Below, in pieces: positions 24,091-37,849 of a stretch of DNA of 64,000 nucleotides (the stretch's first letter is position 1; every line of letters begins with the position of its first letter). The stretch lies in assembly GCA_001662655.1 (NCBI GenBank), contig KV460206.1, one strand, 5' to 3'. Source of the DNA: Pseudogymnoascus verrucosus (lineage: Eukaryota). A program made the position numbers and the translations under genes. The notes under the pieces are model-generated. The model was not told where the DNA came from, searched no databases, and saw only the letters and a program-made list of their open reading frames with translations.

Positions 24091-26608
24091 ATGCATATCC
24101 TAGTAGGTTTCCCCCCCTTCCAATTCTTCTCATCCATTACCGAGTGAGGGGTCGCTGATAACCCCGCCAGGTAGTCAACGACGACGGACCCCCCAGCAAC
24201 CAAAGCTCCCCCTACGTCCACTCCCTCGTCAACAACCTCGTCGAAGCCGGCCATGTCGTCTCCGTCATCCTCCCCCGCGAACAGCGCAGCTGGATCGGCA
24301 AAGCGCACATCATCGGCCAGACCGTGAAGCCGACGTATTTCCGCCCCGGCACCCTCCACGAAGACGACGGCGTGACTTCGAAGCGCCCCTCGCCCGCAGG
24401 CGACGACTGGGTCCTCGTCGATGGCACACCCGCGAGTTGCGTCCAGATCGGTCTGTACTACTTCTTCCAGGAGCGCGGGCCAGTGGACCTCGTTCTCAGC
24501 GGGCCGAACTACGGACGTAATACTACAGCGTGCTTTGCGTTGAGCTCGGGGACGCTGGGAGGAGCGCTTGAGGCGGCGGTTTGTAAGCGGAAGGCGATTG
24601 CGCTGAGTTATGCGTTCCTGACAAGGGAGCACGACCCGAAGATTATTGCGGGTGCGTCGAGGTTGAGCGTTAAGATCGTGGAGCACCTCGTGGCAAACTG
24701 GGATGCGAATACCGATGTGTATACGGTGAATGTGCCGCTTGTGCCGGATGTGGAGAACAAGAAGATCTTCTGGACGGAGATGCTGCAGAATTACTGGGGG
24801 CCGGGTAGCTGCTTTGAGGCTGTTGAAGATACCGAGGATGCGGGTGAGGAGGAGCACAGGATTAGGGAAGGAGAGGCCGAGCAGAAGGATGGTGATGCGA
24901 AGGCGCCGATACCGCATCAGCATAGGAACTTCAAATGGTCACCGAGGTTTACGGACGTCTACAAGAGTGTGGAGGATGCGCCACCTGGAAATGACGGGTG
25001 GGTAGTCAAGGAGGGATTCACGAGGTAAGTCTTAACCCATTCCCCGACCTTTGAATTCTATATCTGACAAAATCACAGCGTGACACCACTGAAAGCAAAC
25101 TTCATGCACGCGACGGGCAAGCAACAAGGCGAGATTACGTTGTGAGTACGATGGCATTACTTAGCGGGCTGAAATGGGAAAAGGCATAGAGCATTAGACC
25201 TCGTGTTAGACCAATATAAGCAGATTTTGATTCCCTTTGCAATTGCTTTCTCCCTCGCGCGCTTTACATTGACTTCTGTTTTTCTCCGCTCAGAACATCC
25301 GAAAATCCAGACCCAGTCTCACTACCACAGAGCATGCAAGATCTCTCCCTCGCCGCCCCTGCAGCGGGCATCAAGCATTTCAACGCCCTCATCGACTACG
25401 GCGACACCTACGTGCAACCCCTCATTCTTGCGGCTCTCTCGAAACTCCTACCAAAAGACTCATACACCCTCATTACGCCAGACTCCATCCCTACCAACTC
25501 CACGTCTCCCACCCTCCACATCCAGCAATACGAAGAACTCCCCTTCGACACCCTCCTCTCCCAACCCACCACCACCCTCGCAAACGCCTACATCATCCGC
25601 AAAGCCCTAATCCGGAAACACTACCTCTCCGCCACCGCGCACGCCTGGGGCACCAAGAACCCCTCCACCGCGCTCGCAAAACACATCACCCCCACCGTGC
25701 ACTTCGAAGTCGACTACGCCGAGTTCCTCGACGACGCGCTCGTCGAATGCTTCGAACTCCACGAGATGTTCGCGCGTAACGCCGACAAAAAAGAGAGCGA
25801 GCGGGAATGGTGGATCCTCAAACCCGGCATGTCCGATCGCGGCCAAGGAATCCGCCTCTTCGACTCAGAAGAGACCCTCCAAGGCATCTTCGACGAGTGG
25901 GAAGCTGAGCGTCCCGACTCCGATGACGAGGAGGAGGATGATGAGGACGCGAATATGCATGATGGGGGGGATTACATCATGACCTCCCAACTCCGCCACT
26001 TCATCACGCAGCCGTACATTCACCCCCCTCTCCTCCTCCAAGACAACCCCCATAAATTCCATATCCGCACTTACGTCCTCGCCGTTGGCGCACTGACAGT
26101 CTACGTCTACCGCCCCATGCTCGCTCTCTTCGCCGGAACCCCCTATACCGCCCCCGCCGCCCAGCCCGACCTGCGTGCACACCTGACCAACACCTGTCTC
26201 CAAGACGGATCGCGCGACGGGTCCGTAGCCGCGTTCTGGGAGCTTGGTGCTAGTCAGCCCGGGTTGCCTGTTACATGGCAGGAAGATGTCTTCGCGCAGA
26301 TCTGCGAGGTGACGGGGGAGTTGTTTGAGGGGGCTGCGAGGACGATGGGGACGCATTTTCAGGCGCTGCCGAATGCGTTTGAGGTCTTTGGAGTGGATTT
26401 TGTGGTTGATAAGAAGGGGGAAGTGTGGTTGTTGGAGGTTAATGCGTTTCCGGATTTTGGGCAGACGGGGGAGGCGCATGCGGATGTGGTGGAGGGGTTG
26501 TGGGAGGGGGTGGTGGATGTGGCGGTTAAGCCGTTTTTTGGGGGGGTGCCGAAGGGGGGGGAGGGGGGAATGGTGGAGGTTAGGAAGATTGATTTGGGAA
26601 GGCGGTAG
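24091..26608 (+). CDS. PBY1: SurE nucleotidase + tubulin-tyrosine-ligase-like ATP-grasp fusion (Pby1-like); exons 24091-24102, 24171-25024, 25079-25141, 25294-26608
   Basis: MHILVVNDDG, GTPASC, SGPNYGRN, SSGTLGGA (SurE). WILKPGMSDRGQGI, KFHIRTYV, HLTNTC, FGVDF, LLEVNAFPDF (TTL). Intron 25142-25293 joins the two domains in frame. Confidence 0.88.
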
Positions 26609-27089
26609 GGGGGGTTGGATCTGTTGAGGCGTTGTGGTATGTTTTTGGATATATTTAAAGCTGGATAGGGCGTAATAATTGGATTTAAGGTGTTGATATC
26701 TATTACGAGCTTTACCCCTTTGAACTATATTTATAACAGTCTATTTACATCCTTAGCCACAGATTTAAAGGTATGCTGTGAAGGATTTAAGAAAAGCTCA
26801 GAAGGATAGAAGGGCCGACTATAAGTTGAGTCATAACAATATCGAAGGAGTGTTGGCAGGCAGTTTAACAGATTCTGCCCCTTTAATGTCAATGTTTCGT
26901 GTAGCTTTAAGTGAACTCACTGAATATCAGAAAGCACAGGCAGCAGCGGCATGGTGAAACACGATTCAATTGACGATATCATGATAAAGATTGGCAACTG
27001 TGTCGACAGGACATCTCTGAAGATGTTGGAAGAACGGCCACTTGCAATCCTTCTAGGGCAGTTAGCAATATCGAGCCAACATCGAGCCA

Positions 27090-28270
27090 CCATCTCGCAG
27101 CTTCTCGTTGACGCAGCTTGTTGCCGCCGAAGCTTCTTGTTGCCATGAACTTCTTGTCACCGCAGTTTTGTGCCACCTCTCACAACGACCAACCCTCGTT
27201 TACGCACCCACAGCCAGCAATACCAGGCTTTCCAGACACAAATATAGCAAGACAGATAGCACAGTCTGTTTCTGAAGACCCCGTTTATTTATAGTCGCCC
27301 CCTCCTACACCCCTGATTCCTTGTCATGACCCCTCCCCTCCCGGCCGCCCCCAAACCCCGTCGGCTGAACCAAAGATATTCCGGGAAATATTTTGAGGGA
27401 AAATGTGAACTGTGCCTTTACCGCCGTCTCCATGTCATTAATGTTGGGATATCTCGGAGGGGTCTAGTTGACAAGATCTATAGCCAGTTGATGTAGATCC
27501 CACGACGTCAAAGGAAGAGTTGTGCCTCCCATAAGATCTGAAAGGAACCGACTAAGGCGAGGATATTCCGTGGTGGGCTGTGCTGTGTCATATCGAGGCG
27601 CTTTTCTGTATCGACGACGAAACACTGATACCTTCGGGCTAGTTGTGCAGGAGGTAGAAAAGAAGCAAATACGCCGGGTTCATTTACTCGTTGAAGCTAT
27701 TAGATATGAGGCGATCGTACAACCCAGAAACTTATAACTACAGGCGAAGCCATCTGTAATTCCTGTCTCCCGCCGCTTCTTGCCGACGCAGCTTCTCATC
27801 GCCATCAACTTCTTGTCACCGCAACTTCTCGCCGCCACAGTTTTGTCCCACCTCTCACAGCCACCCAACCATCATTTACCTGCCAACACGCCAGCAACAC
27901 CCAGGTCCCCCAGAAGCGGTGGCCAGAGCGATCCCATCCCAAGGACAATTCCCATGTCTGGATGGGAAATTCTCGGTCTGGCCCTGAGAAATCAAATGAG
28001 CGTTAACTTATATAGTAGCCCCTTCCCACACCCCTAGCCACTCTTGGTAAGAACCCCTCCCGAAACCGCGTCTTCTAATCAAAGATATCTCGAGAGATAC
28101 TTGGCATCGAAGTCTAGACAGTTCGGACAGGCTTCGGTGATCGAGTTGTAGGACGTGGGAGGTGAGAGCAAGGAGGGAGCTCTCATCCAGAGGTGATGTT
28201 TCGGATTGTGTGTATAGTCTGGACATACCTCCACGACATAAGATCTATAGCTAGTTAATGTAAGTTGACA
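27090..28270. repeat. Degenerate direct duplication (~27090-27500 vs ~27765-28270) with internal ~15-bp repeats
   Basis: Shared blocks in both copies: AACTTCTTGTCACCGCA, CAGTTTTGT.CCACCTCTCACA, TATAGT.GCCCC.TCC.ACACCCCT, CAAAGATAT, AAGATCTATAGC.AGTT.ATGTA. Confidence 0.75.
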
Positions 28271-28663
28271 GCAAGACAGGATCATATCTTCACATATAAC
28301 ACCCTCAAGAAGTAATTGGTCACCGAGTCTGCCATTGTCGGAGTCACATCAACCCCACGACATCCACATCTCACTCTCCCATCCTTGAACACATCATAAA
28401 AAACAAAACTCAAATAAAATTCTCTCCCCAATGCCAGCTCACCACAGCACTCTATGTGTAAATATGCCTTTCCTCCAATCTCAAACCGCCACCATCGGTC
28501 TAATCAAGCCCTATTCATCGACTGCTTACTCGCCCCCGAAGAAATCCAGCAAAAATTCCGTATATACAACGTTTCTCTCTCCATCAACCATCCCTCCCCA
28601 TCATGTTTTCTTCTCCACCCAATCGTGCAGGGTTTTCGGGCTCAATTCGATAGCTCGCAAGCT

Positions 28664-29085
28664 CTACTCCTTCGACTCAGGCTCCTTCAAGATCCCCTCA
28701 ACCTCCAACCGTCTCCTCGCCTCCTCAAGCGCCCAAGTCTGTATCCTATTCTCCGATTAGCCCTCTGTCCTCTCCTCCCCAACAATCCACCGTGTAAAAG
28801 AAAAAGGGGTACTCACGACGTATCAGGCTTAAAAGCATACCCCACCGTCAACGCCACCAACCCCCCCCCAAACCCCCAAAACATCACCCCCTCCCACCCC
28901 TCCTTCTCATACTTCTCCCCCGGCTTAACGCCCCACAGCCATCCCGTAGGCGGATCATAGTGGCTCTCTCCCTCTGCGGCGGCGCGAGTGCGAGTCGTCG
29001 CTGACAGAGCGCGTGTGTTGCCGGTGACGGCCGTGCGGAGAGGCTTCAGCGTGCAGCGGTGCGCGCTGCGGAGAAGCGGTTGCAT
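28664..29085 (-). CDS. NDUFB11: Mitochondrial complex I ESSS subunit (NDUFB11), 2 exons
   Basis: Basic presequence, YDPPTGWLWGVKPGEKYEKEGWE, TM helix, AFKPDTS|IQTWALEEARRRLE after a GTGAGT..TAG intron. Confidence 0.92.
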
Positions 29086-30260
29086 TGTCACTGTGTGTGT
29101 GTGTGGACGAGGAGGTCGTCCGCGTGTGTGTGTGTGTAGGTGTAGTGTGGTGATGGCAGTGGTGGTTGCCAATTGGTGGTTGTGGAAGCTGGTGGTGGTG
29201 AAGCTGTGAGGTGCGGGTGAGGAGAGATGTTCGTTTGGGTGTGGTAAGAGGGCCCACTTTAGCGCGCGGTTGGGAGGGCGCTAGTGACACGATTTGTCCC
29301 GCGTGATGGTTGACTGGTTTCTTGGTGCTGGTGTCGGGTTGAATATATTCGGGTTGGTTTTACTGGATCGAAGGGGGTGAGGGGATTATTATAATATCTG
29401 GAGGTGGCAGTGGGAAGAGGGTGAGGAGGGGGGGGTTTGTGGTGAGGTGTTTGTTTGTTCGGAAGGAAAAGGGCATGACATCGCCAAGACACGAAATTCC
29501 CCGAGATCCTGATGGTGTAATGCGGAGGGAAACAAAACATGCATGAAGTCACGTCGCACTGCAGTTATTGACTGTACAGCTTCTGAATGGTGGATATGGA
29601 TAACTTGAATATATTATTAGGGAAAATGCTTGTGGTGACCCACTAGTTGCATCAATGCATATAGAGAGCTCTCAGACGACGAAACAATGGTTGAAACATT
29701 ACGAGTACTTGCACGGCCTTAGAGGAGTTATAGAGGCTGTGCTGTAGTATCCTATCAAAGTCCTAGATTCCAGTGTAAACGTATAATTGCCAACATATCT
29801 CTCACTGCCACGCCGAGGTCCTACGGAACACTTAAATACCATGCGAGTCACATCATCAAGACCAAAATAATACGTGCTAATGAGAATCTTTCCCATTGCT
29901 TGCCTTTACTAGACTAAATCCCCCCTCCAATTCACCCATCTAACCCTTCCTTCAAAACACTTTTTATAGTTCCTCCCTCCTCTCACATATACACGAGACC
30001 TCCCTCTCCGTATACTCATACAGTACATACAAAACAGCACAAGCACATCAGGGCCGACCACACGCCTTCAGCGCGCGCGTCCCGTAACACCATTACCCTC
30101 TCTCTCCCATTCCTTTCTCCTCCTCGCCCCTCACTCAGGAGGGCACATATGCAGGATCCCCCTCCCTCTCAAAATACAAAAAAACGCCGTGATACCCACG
30201 TCTTCTGCCACTCCAAACAAAGTATGAAAAAACAAGTGGTGATGTGAAAATGAAATCGAT

Positions 30261-30388
30261 AGGCTGAGAAGAGCCATGTTTCTTGGTGAGAGAGGCTGAG
30301 AAGAGCCATGTCCCTTGACGAGAGAGGCTGAGAAGAGCCATGTCCCTTGATGAGATAGGCTGAGAAAAGCCATGTCTCTTGATGACGG
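30261..30388. repeat. 32-bp tandem repeat x4 in the PMC1 3' flank
   Basis: AGGCTGAGAAGAGCCATGTCCCTTGAYGAGAG-like units at 30261, 30293, 30325 and 30357. Confidence 0.9.
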
Positions 30389-30554
30389 AAAAAAAAGAAA
30401 TAGTAGCGCCCCAGTGGCGCGGAGGTATGTGTGTATGTTGGTATGCAAGGTATATCGGCCATTCAAGCCACCTCCCAACGCCAATCGCTCAATGATAGTA
30501 GTAATCGTACAACCGCCGTAGTCTTGAAGTCCTCAACTCCCCGAAAGAGGATCA

Positions 30555-33500
30555 TCAAGGCTTCGTATCTTTATCCCCCTTATCCTCCTTCGACTCCTCC
30601 GACCCCTCCGACGCCGGTCTCGGATGCGGCACATCCTCCCTCTGACTAGGCGGCAGCTCTGCCTCCGTATCTAATGGCTCCTCTACAATCACATTATCGC
30701 TCGGCCTCGTCCCCGGGTGCAGCTCCACCCCGGGCGTATTCTCGAGGTCGACGCGTCCCCTTCCCCAGCCCTGCTCGTCATGCGGACGCTCGATAGGCGA
30801 CCACCCAGCCACGCTACCGGCGATGATACCAGCCATAACAGCCGTAGCGCCCAACGCGGAGTTCGAGCGCGAGCGGCCCGCGCGACCACGCTTGCGGGAT
30901 TCAGCGGTGGTGGGGGGGTGCTCTGAGCCCTCTTCCGCAGAGCCATCTTGTGGGATTCCAGCGGTTGAGTTTGAGCGTGAGCGGGAACCAGAGCGAGAGC
31001 GGGAGATGAAGTTATCCTTTGCCTGCCCGACCTTAAAGCGGAGGTTATTGATTCGGCCTCCCTTCATTTTCTTGAGGAAGCTGAGTTCCTCCTTGACGTC
31101 GGCGAGGGGTTGGGGGAGGGGCATTTGCTCTTCTTCGTCTTCGATGGTTAGTTCGGGGGTCTCGGATGAGCGGAGGATGTAGGTGGGTACGAATTTGCGG
31201 ACGAGCTCGTCTGGGATGCAGCGGATGGCCGCGCCGATGGGGATGGAGAGGAAGCCAAAGGCGATGGAGTAGCCCCAGCCGCGGGCGTCGAGGCGTTCGA
31301 CAGAGAAGGCTTTGCCGCCGACGAAGATGATGAGGACTTGGAGGGAGACCATGATGATGTTGATGCCGATGAAGAAGTAGTTGTTTAGGACGCCCTCGAA
31401 GATGTTGAACTTGTTGTCGAGGCGACGGTTGCTGTGGTTTGTTAGTTTTTTGTATCTGGATTGGGGGTTGTAGGATAACTTACTTCCATTGGTTGAAAAT
31501 CTGCATCCAAACGAAGGTATTGAAGACGAGTGTGCCAACCAATTGGGTCTCCGCAGGAGGCGCGGACGGGTCAAGGGGATCCGGAGGTGTGTTGTAAGAA
31601 AAGATGGTTGCCGCTCCAAAGTAGAGCATGAAGGTAATAACGAGTTGGTAAATAGCCTCTCCGATAATCATCTTCCACATGCGAAGAGAGATGAGCGGCG
31701 CGGACTTTGGGTCAGGCTTGCGGTCGAGGATACTGCGGGTTGGTGGATCGGTGGCAAGTGCAAGAGCAGCCATGGTGTCCATGATGAGGTTGACCCACAG
31801 CAGCTGGACAGCTGTCAGGGCAGACTTCTCGGTTGCACTGGATACGGCAGTGACGAATGTCACCACGACGGCTGTGATGTTGACAGTGATTTGGAATTGC
31901 AAGAACTTCTTGACTGCATCGTTGACAGCACGTCCCCACATCATTGCCTTCACAATAGATGCGAAGTTGTCGTCCATGAGAATGATAGCCGAAGCTTCCT
32001 TGGCGACTTCAGTTCCAGCAATACCCATAGAGAAACCAACATCAGCGCCCTTCAGAGCCGGGGCGTCGTTGGTACCATCACCAGTAACAGCGACAGTCTC
32101 GCCCATAGCCTTCAGTCTCTTGACGAGGATACGCTTGTCTTCTGGGCTGGAACGAGCAAGAACCTGGAGCGAGGGAATAATCTGATCCATTTGCTTCTTG
32201 GTAAGCTTCCTGAATGTTGGTCCTTCCATGACGATGCCGCCAGGGGTGAAAATTCCGCAATCAACAGCAATGGCTTTGGCCGTGGTCAAGTTGTCACCGG
32301 TAACCATGCGAACAACGACGCCGGCCTTTTGGCAGACTTCGACAGCCTCACGGACACCTTCACGGAGAGGATCCTGAATACCGACAATAGACAGAAGAGT
32401 CATGTCCTTGAAGATATCCTCGAACACGACCTCGTCGTTATCACCCTCGGCGCGGCGGGCATCCTTCGGTGGCCATTGCTCAAAGTCTCTGTAGATGAGA
32501 CCAATAGTGCGTAGAGATCGTTCGGCGTAGCTGGTAATGAGATTGCTAAGTGTCTTCCGGTTCTCAGTAGTCATCTCCGCATCCTCAACACCCTGAGTGG
32601 GGTCGCGGATAACGCGCGAGCACTTATCAAGCAGAATTTCAGAAGCACCCTTGACGAGCAGACGGGCTTTTCCATGTCCAGTAGAGATCACGACACCCAT
32701 GCACTTGCGGCCAGAATCGAAGGGGACAAACTGGTGAGTAGTGGCGTTTGATCGTTCCTCACTGACGGGGCCGAGACCGAGTTGCTCCTTGGCGAATATC
32801 AGTAGAGCAGTCTCCGTCTTGGATCCAATGAATGTCTGCTCGCCGTCTACCAAGCCTTCGAATGCAGTTGAGTTGATAGCAATAGATTCACGGAGTAAGC
32901 CCTGGACGTCGCTGCTAAGAGTGGCCGCAACTTCCTTTGCCGAAATGTTGTCTAGGACCACAGGTGGGGGTCTCTCTCTGCTCGAATTGTCGTCGTCGTC
33001 GTTGGGCTCGGTGGTACCACCGAATCGAGAGCTAGTTCCAATAGTGCCGGCTACGACCTGCATTTTATTCTGTGTAAGAGTACCAGTTTTGTCGGAGCAA
33101 ATAGCAGTAGCGTTACCCATGACTTCGCAAGCCTTCAAGTGACGAACCAAGTTATTATCCTTCAACATTCTAGTCGTAGCAAATGCAAGAGCGAGTGTTA
33201 CAGCCAAAGGCAGACCTTCAGGGACAGCAACGACGATAATGGTGACGGTGACGATGAAAATGCTCAAGAACTGTTGGCCCTTTTCGGAAGCGGTTCCCTC
33301 GTTGTGAGGGAGTTGAGCCAGGAATTTAATGAACAAGACGACAAAGAGCAAGAGACCAGCAGCTCCACCGAGTTTCGCAATGTACTCGGCAAGAACGTTG
33401 AGCTTGGACTGAAGAGGTGTGACTTCTGGATCTTCTCTGAGAGACATCATAATCTTGCCGTAACTGGAGTTAACGCCGGTAGAGGTAACCATGAATCTTC

Positions 33501-35020
33501 CAACACCCTCGGTGACGTGGGCTCCGGAAAGAATGAATGGATCGAGCTTCTTGGTGTCTTGGCCGCTCTTGATAGCTTCGTAGACTTCGTTTGCCGGTCT
33601 CTTCTTGATGATATCAGATTCACCCGTAGCAGAACTCTCGTCGCATTTAACGTTGTGACCCTCGATGAAAATTCCATCAACGGGCACCATGTCTCCTGGC
33701 TCGAGTAGCACGACATCTCCAACGAGGATATCGAAGACAGAGATTTCCCTAGATTTTCCAGATCGAATAACCTTAACATCGCGATCTTGCTTCTTCTTGT
33801 TCAACTTGACGAATTGGCGTTCCTTCTGGTAATCGTTGACGGATCCTACCACAACGACGATAACAATGGCGACGATAATAGCTACACCCTCAAGCCACTC
33901 AATACGTGGCTCGTCAGTGTCGTGCTTCTGTCCAAACGACTGGTACAGACCAACCGCTAGGGAAACAAGTGCGGCAATAGATAGCAAGATGAGGACCTTG
34001 TCGTTGTAAGTAATCCACATGATTTCGAAAATAGATTTGCCCTTCTTCTCTGGCAAGCGATTATCCTGGAACACCCTCTTGCGGTCCGAGAATAATTCGT
34101 GGCCTTTCTTCGCGTGGTGCGATCCGCTCGTTCCCGTCCTCGAGGCCTTCTTGAGTCCATCAAGTGCCGGGGTTTGAACATTGTCCACAGTCACCGTTCC
34201 CTCCAGGAATGTCTCCTCGACACTTAATCCACTGTCGCGGTTTGTCCGTAGTCCCTTCTCAAGCCCATCGAGTCCTCCCAGGGCATGGAATGCAGCTAAG
34301 CTCTTTGGGTTTATAAGTTTGTTCAATTGACCTGGCGTGTAGGCGAACTTATTATCCTCGCGCTTGAAATCCTCCTCCGTTCCCGGGTCGGGGGTCAAGG
34401 CATCCGTATCCTTGGTGATGTGGTCGTTGTTCATGTGCTCCCTATCCCTATCACTGGAGCTACCTCCATTCTGAACGTATGTCTCGCCTCCATAAGAGGC
34501 CTCATCCGAATCTATGGAACCCTGACGCTCTCGGCCCGGCACCGAAAGGAAGGCGCCCGGCTTGTCGTTACTCTTCGAAGTAGGTGATGAAACATTGTGC
34601 GGCGACGTAGGCCTCTCGCTGCCCTCAAAGGAAGGATGGCTCCTGAATTCCGGTGTCGAGCCTTGACTCCTATTGCTGGTTGAGCTAATTCGCGGGGCCG
34701 ACGCGTTTCCAGCGTCGACGTTGCTCGTGCTCGATGCCTCGGACCCTGATCGTGAGACCATCTGAGGTCGAAGAGCCATTGGCTGCTGCGAGGCTTCGTC
34801 GTCCGCGGCAGGAGGAGTACTGACGGCGGATGTATCGATTGTAATCGTGGGGCTGTAAGGTTGAGCACACCGAGTTAGCGAGTGGAAATCGAGAGGCTGC
34901 GAATCTTGGAACAGACCGAACAGACGGCAAAGGGGGTATGTATAGATAGAGTTTAACTTACGCGCGCTGGCGGCGAGGTTGATCGCCCGCGGTCGGGGGT
35001 GGCTCATCAGGAGTCGTCAT
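30555..35020 (-). CDS. PMC1: P2B-type Ca2+-transporting ATPase (vacuolar Pmc1/PMCA type); exons 35020-34962, 34852-31484, 31431-30555
   Basis: DESSATGES, VPEGLPLAV, CSDKTGTLT (phosphorylation site), KGASE, MVTGDN, TGDGTNDAPAL, QLLWVNLIMD. Both introns are GTAAGT..CAG. Confidence 0.96.
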
Positions 35021-37849
35021 GTTTGTCGCAGGTGGCTCGATATAACAAGGCCTCAAGCGCCTTGGGGTTGCGAGAGGAAGCTGAGCTCAGAGGAGGCTGA
35101 GTTAGGCAGCCTGTCTCGCGGTACTGGCATATGATCTAGAATCCAACGAGGTGGTCGGAAAGGTAGGTATTTAGTCTATTGCCATGAATGAAATGCCCAT
35201 CGTTGGAAGGCAAAAAGATTGTTTAGATCGGAGTCTGGGTCTGGGGGAGTGGAAATACGCCAAGAAACGTCCAAGAAGCACTTAATAGTGTTAGATGAGT
35301 TGGGATCCGCTTAACGAGGCTGTGCATATTTCTGGGCCTGCACTATTTGAGTTATGCCCAAGGCCGCAAGTGGGGAACTGGGAACTGCCAAAGGGAAAAA
35401 TGCCCGGAGTTGTCAAGTTCAGGGATAGGCTTATTGGTATGCTAATGTTATGGAGATAGGCGCCATTGTTAGTTGTTCTATGGTTCTACAGTTCTAGTGG
35501 CTGTTGGTTGTTGGTTCTTGTGGTTTTAATGGTTGTTATACGGTTGGTTTGGTTCTGCGGTTATAATTCACATCGCTGTGATTTTGGGTGTCGCAACCTC
35601 GACGTCAATAAATCCAATAAATCCAACAAATCAATAGGCGACACGCTCTAAACAAGGAAAATCAGATCATGTCCAACCAAGTGAACCACGATGCAAGATA
35701 ACTTTACATACAACATACAGCACATAACACAAAAATACAGGGCGGGCGAGCGAGCATTCTTGCTAATGGTTAGTACATGTACCGTACATACCAGCCCGAT
35801 GACGATATCCCGACATCCCGCAAGCAATCAGATCAGAGGAGAAAAGACGGGGCCGAGACAAAGGCGGTGACAAAAGACAGCGACAAAAGACAAACCACAA
35901 GGAAATCTCATATCACAAATACAAAATACAGTATAATATCTCCTATCATTTTATTTCCTCATTGGCCCAACCAGCCGCTCTGGGCACTCCCCTTCGAACC
36001 TCTCAATGAGACCCCTCGACCGCCCCGGATGCGCTACGACTCTTGTTTCCGGACGATCTATGAAACAAGCACATACCAACCCGCCCCCATGATTCGTTCA
36101 TCACCCAGCGCCTCCCATCCCGCCCTCTCTGGCCATCAAAGCGACCTCCTCAATAAAGCGTCCGATTCAGGTTAAATTTCAAAGTCGGCGGCTCGCTGGC
36201 GGCTGGGCAAAACATGGTGTGGAACACAGTCGACAACTGGTAGATTGCTGCGCCTCCCTCGATAAGCGTACAGGAACCTCGGCGGGAATTGTTGGTGGGT
36301 GAGACGAGGATGCGCGCGCGATGCTCTGGGCTGGGTCTGATCGGGAACGGAGGTTTGGGGTAAGTTACTCTCCGTCTGTCTGCCGAGATGGAGATGGAGA
36401 TGCAAGGTACATTCTTCTGTGCTCCCCTGGGACGAAGGTTGCGATACTATACTCTGCTATGTACTCCCCTATGTCCGCAGCCAGTTGCAGTTGACAGACA
36501 CTTACCTGCCATTTCCAGCCAGCCGCCAGACAGCCTTCATAATCTCACTCCCGCCGCTCTCACAACTTGGCGAATCACATGATATTATGATATTATGAAT
36601 GCTGATATAATATGCTCACCCCTCACATTTCAGGGTGCAACGAAAGGGCACATAGGACAGGGTGCGCCATGCGATCAAAGCCCTCTCATTTCTCGTACCA
36701 CAATGGGAAACTAGCATCGCATCGCAATTTAGTCCAAGCCCTTGGCAAACAACCTTCCATCCACCTGCCGCAATATCTCGCCTCGCAGTAGTATACTTCC
36801 GAGGATAATGGTGGTAGATTCCTCACGTGACCCTGCTTTAAACAAAGCGAAAGGGCGATAAGAACCACCAGCAATTTACACATGTTACGCCACCACCGCC
36901 ACACCACACCCACTGCGCCACACCCACTGCGCCACACCCCCACCACCGCCACAACATCGGCCCTTCCACACCCCGACGCTGACGCAGGAAAAGGGGCATT
37001 GCTATCGCCATCCCTCTTGGCCTGCTACTTTAAACCACCTTTGCTTTCACAGATTCCATATCAAGAAAGTAAAAGAAAATCCCGCCAAGGCCGAGCCCGA
37101 TAGATCAACAGTTCGCCCAGGCCACCCAGCCCCGCGGCGAACGATGTTCCCGTGTGTCTTCCCGTTCATGGATTGCTGGAATGGGCGAGCTGCGTTGCTT
37201 AGAGAGACTTCCGTAAGTTGGAGTGCCGATGCTGACCGCGAGGGATGCGAAGGAGCGGGCGTCATCTGGATGGCGATGTGGGTGAGATAAGCTGCACGTG
37301 CGGGAGTATGAGCTCGTAAAATTACATCTGATTACACTTCCCGTATCATATCGTATCGTATTGTAACCCCATCCCCCCCCCCCCCCGGCCTCCCATCCGC
37401 AGTACGCAGACGGACGCGGACGCGCGCCTCTCCGTTGCGGGGAGCCCCGCCCGCTGGGTCTTGTGCGCAGCGAGTACGCTGAGCTGGAGATAAGATTTAC
37501 GGACGGCACAGTATGTAGAGACGGCACAGTTTTGTAAAAAAGAGGAGAGGATGCGTAGACAGGAAGACGTGGCGTGTGAGACATAACCGCACGTGCTACG
37601 CAACCTACTTCAGTGCGACAGCTGCGCCTCGTGGTGTCAGCGTGGAGGGCGGATCGTGAGGTTGTTGCGGGTGGCGGGGGGTCTGCCTTGGGGGTTGAGG
37701 GGAGGGGAGGGGAAGGGGTTTGGGGTAATCAGGCCGAGAGGTGATGATGCGATGGTGCGACTTGGGGTTGAAGGATGAGGGCTGTGAGGGTTCGGGGTTA
37801 GGGTTGTTGGGAAGGGGCTTGTGGGAGAGATGATTATATCTTTTCGCTC

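Noticed and set aside
24039..24923. 294-aa - strand ORF
   Set aside because: Antisense to the SurE exon.
31489..33708. Long + strand ORFs (341, 168, 133 and 189 aa)
   Set aside because: Antisense to PMC1, with no domain features.
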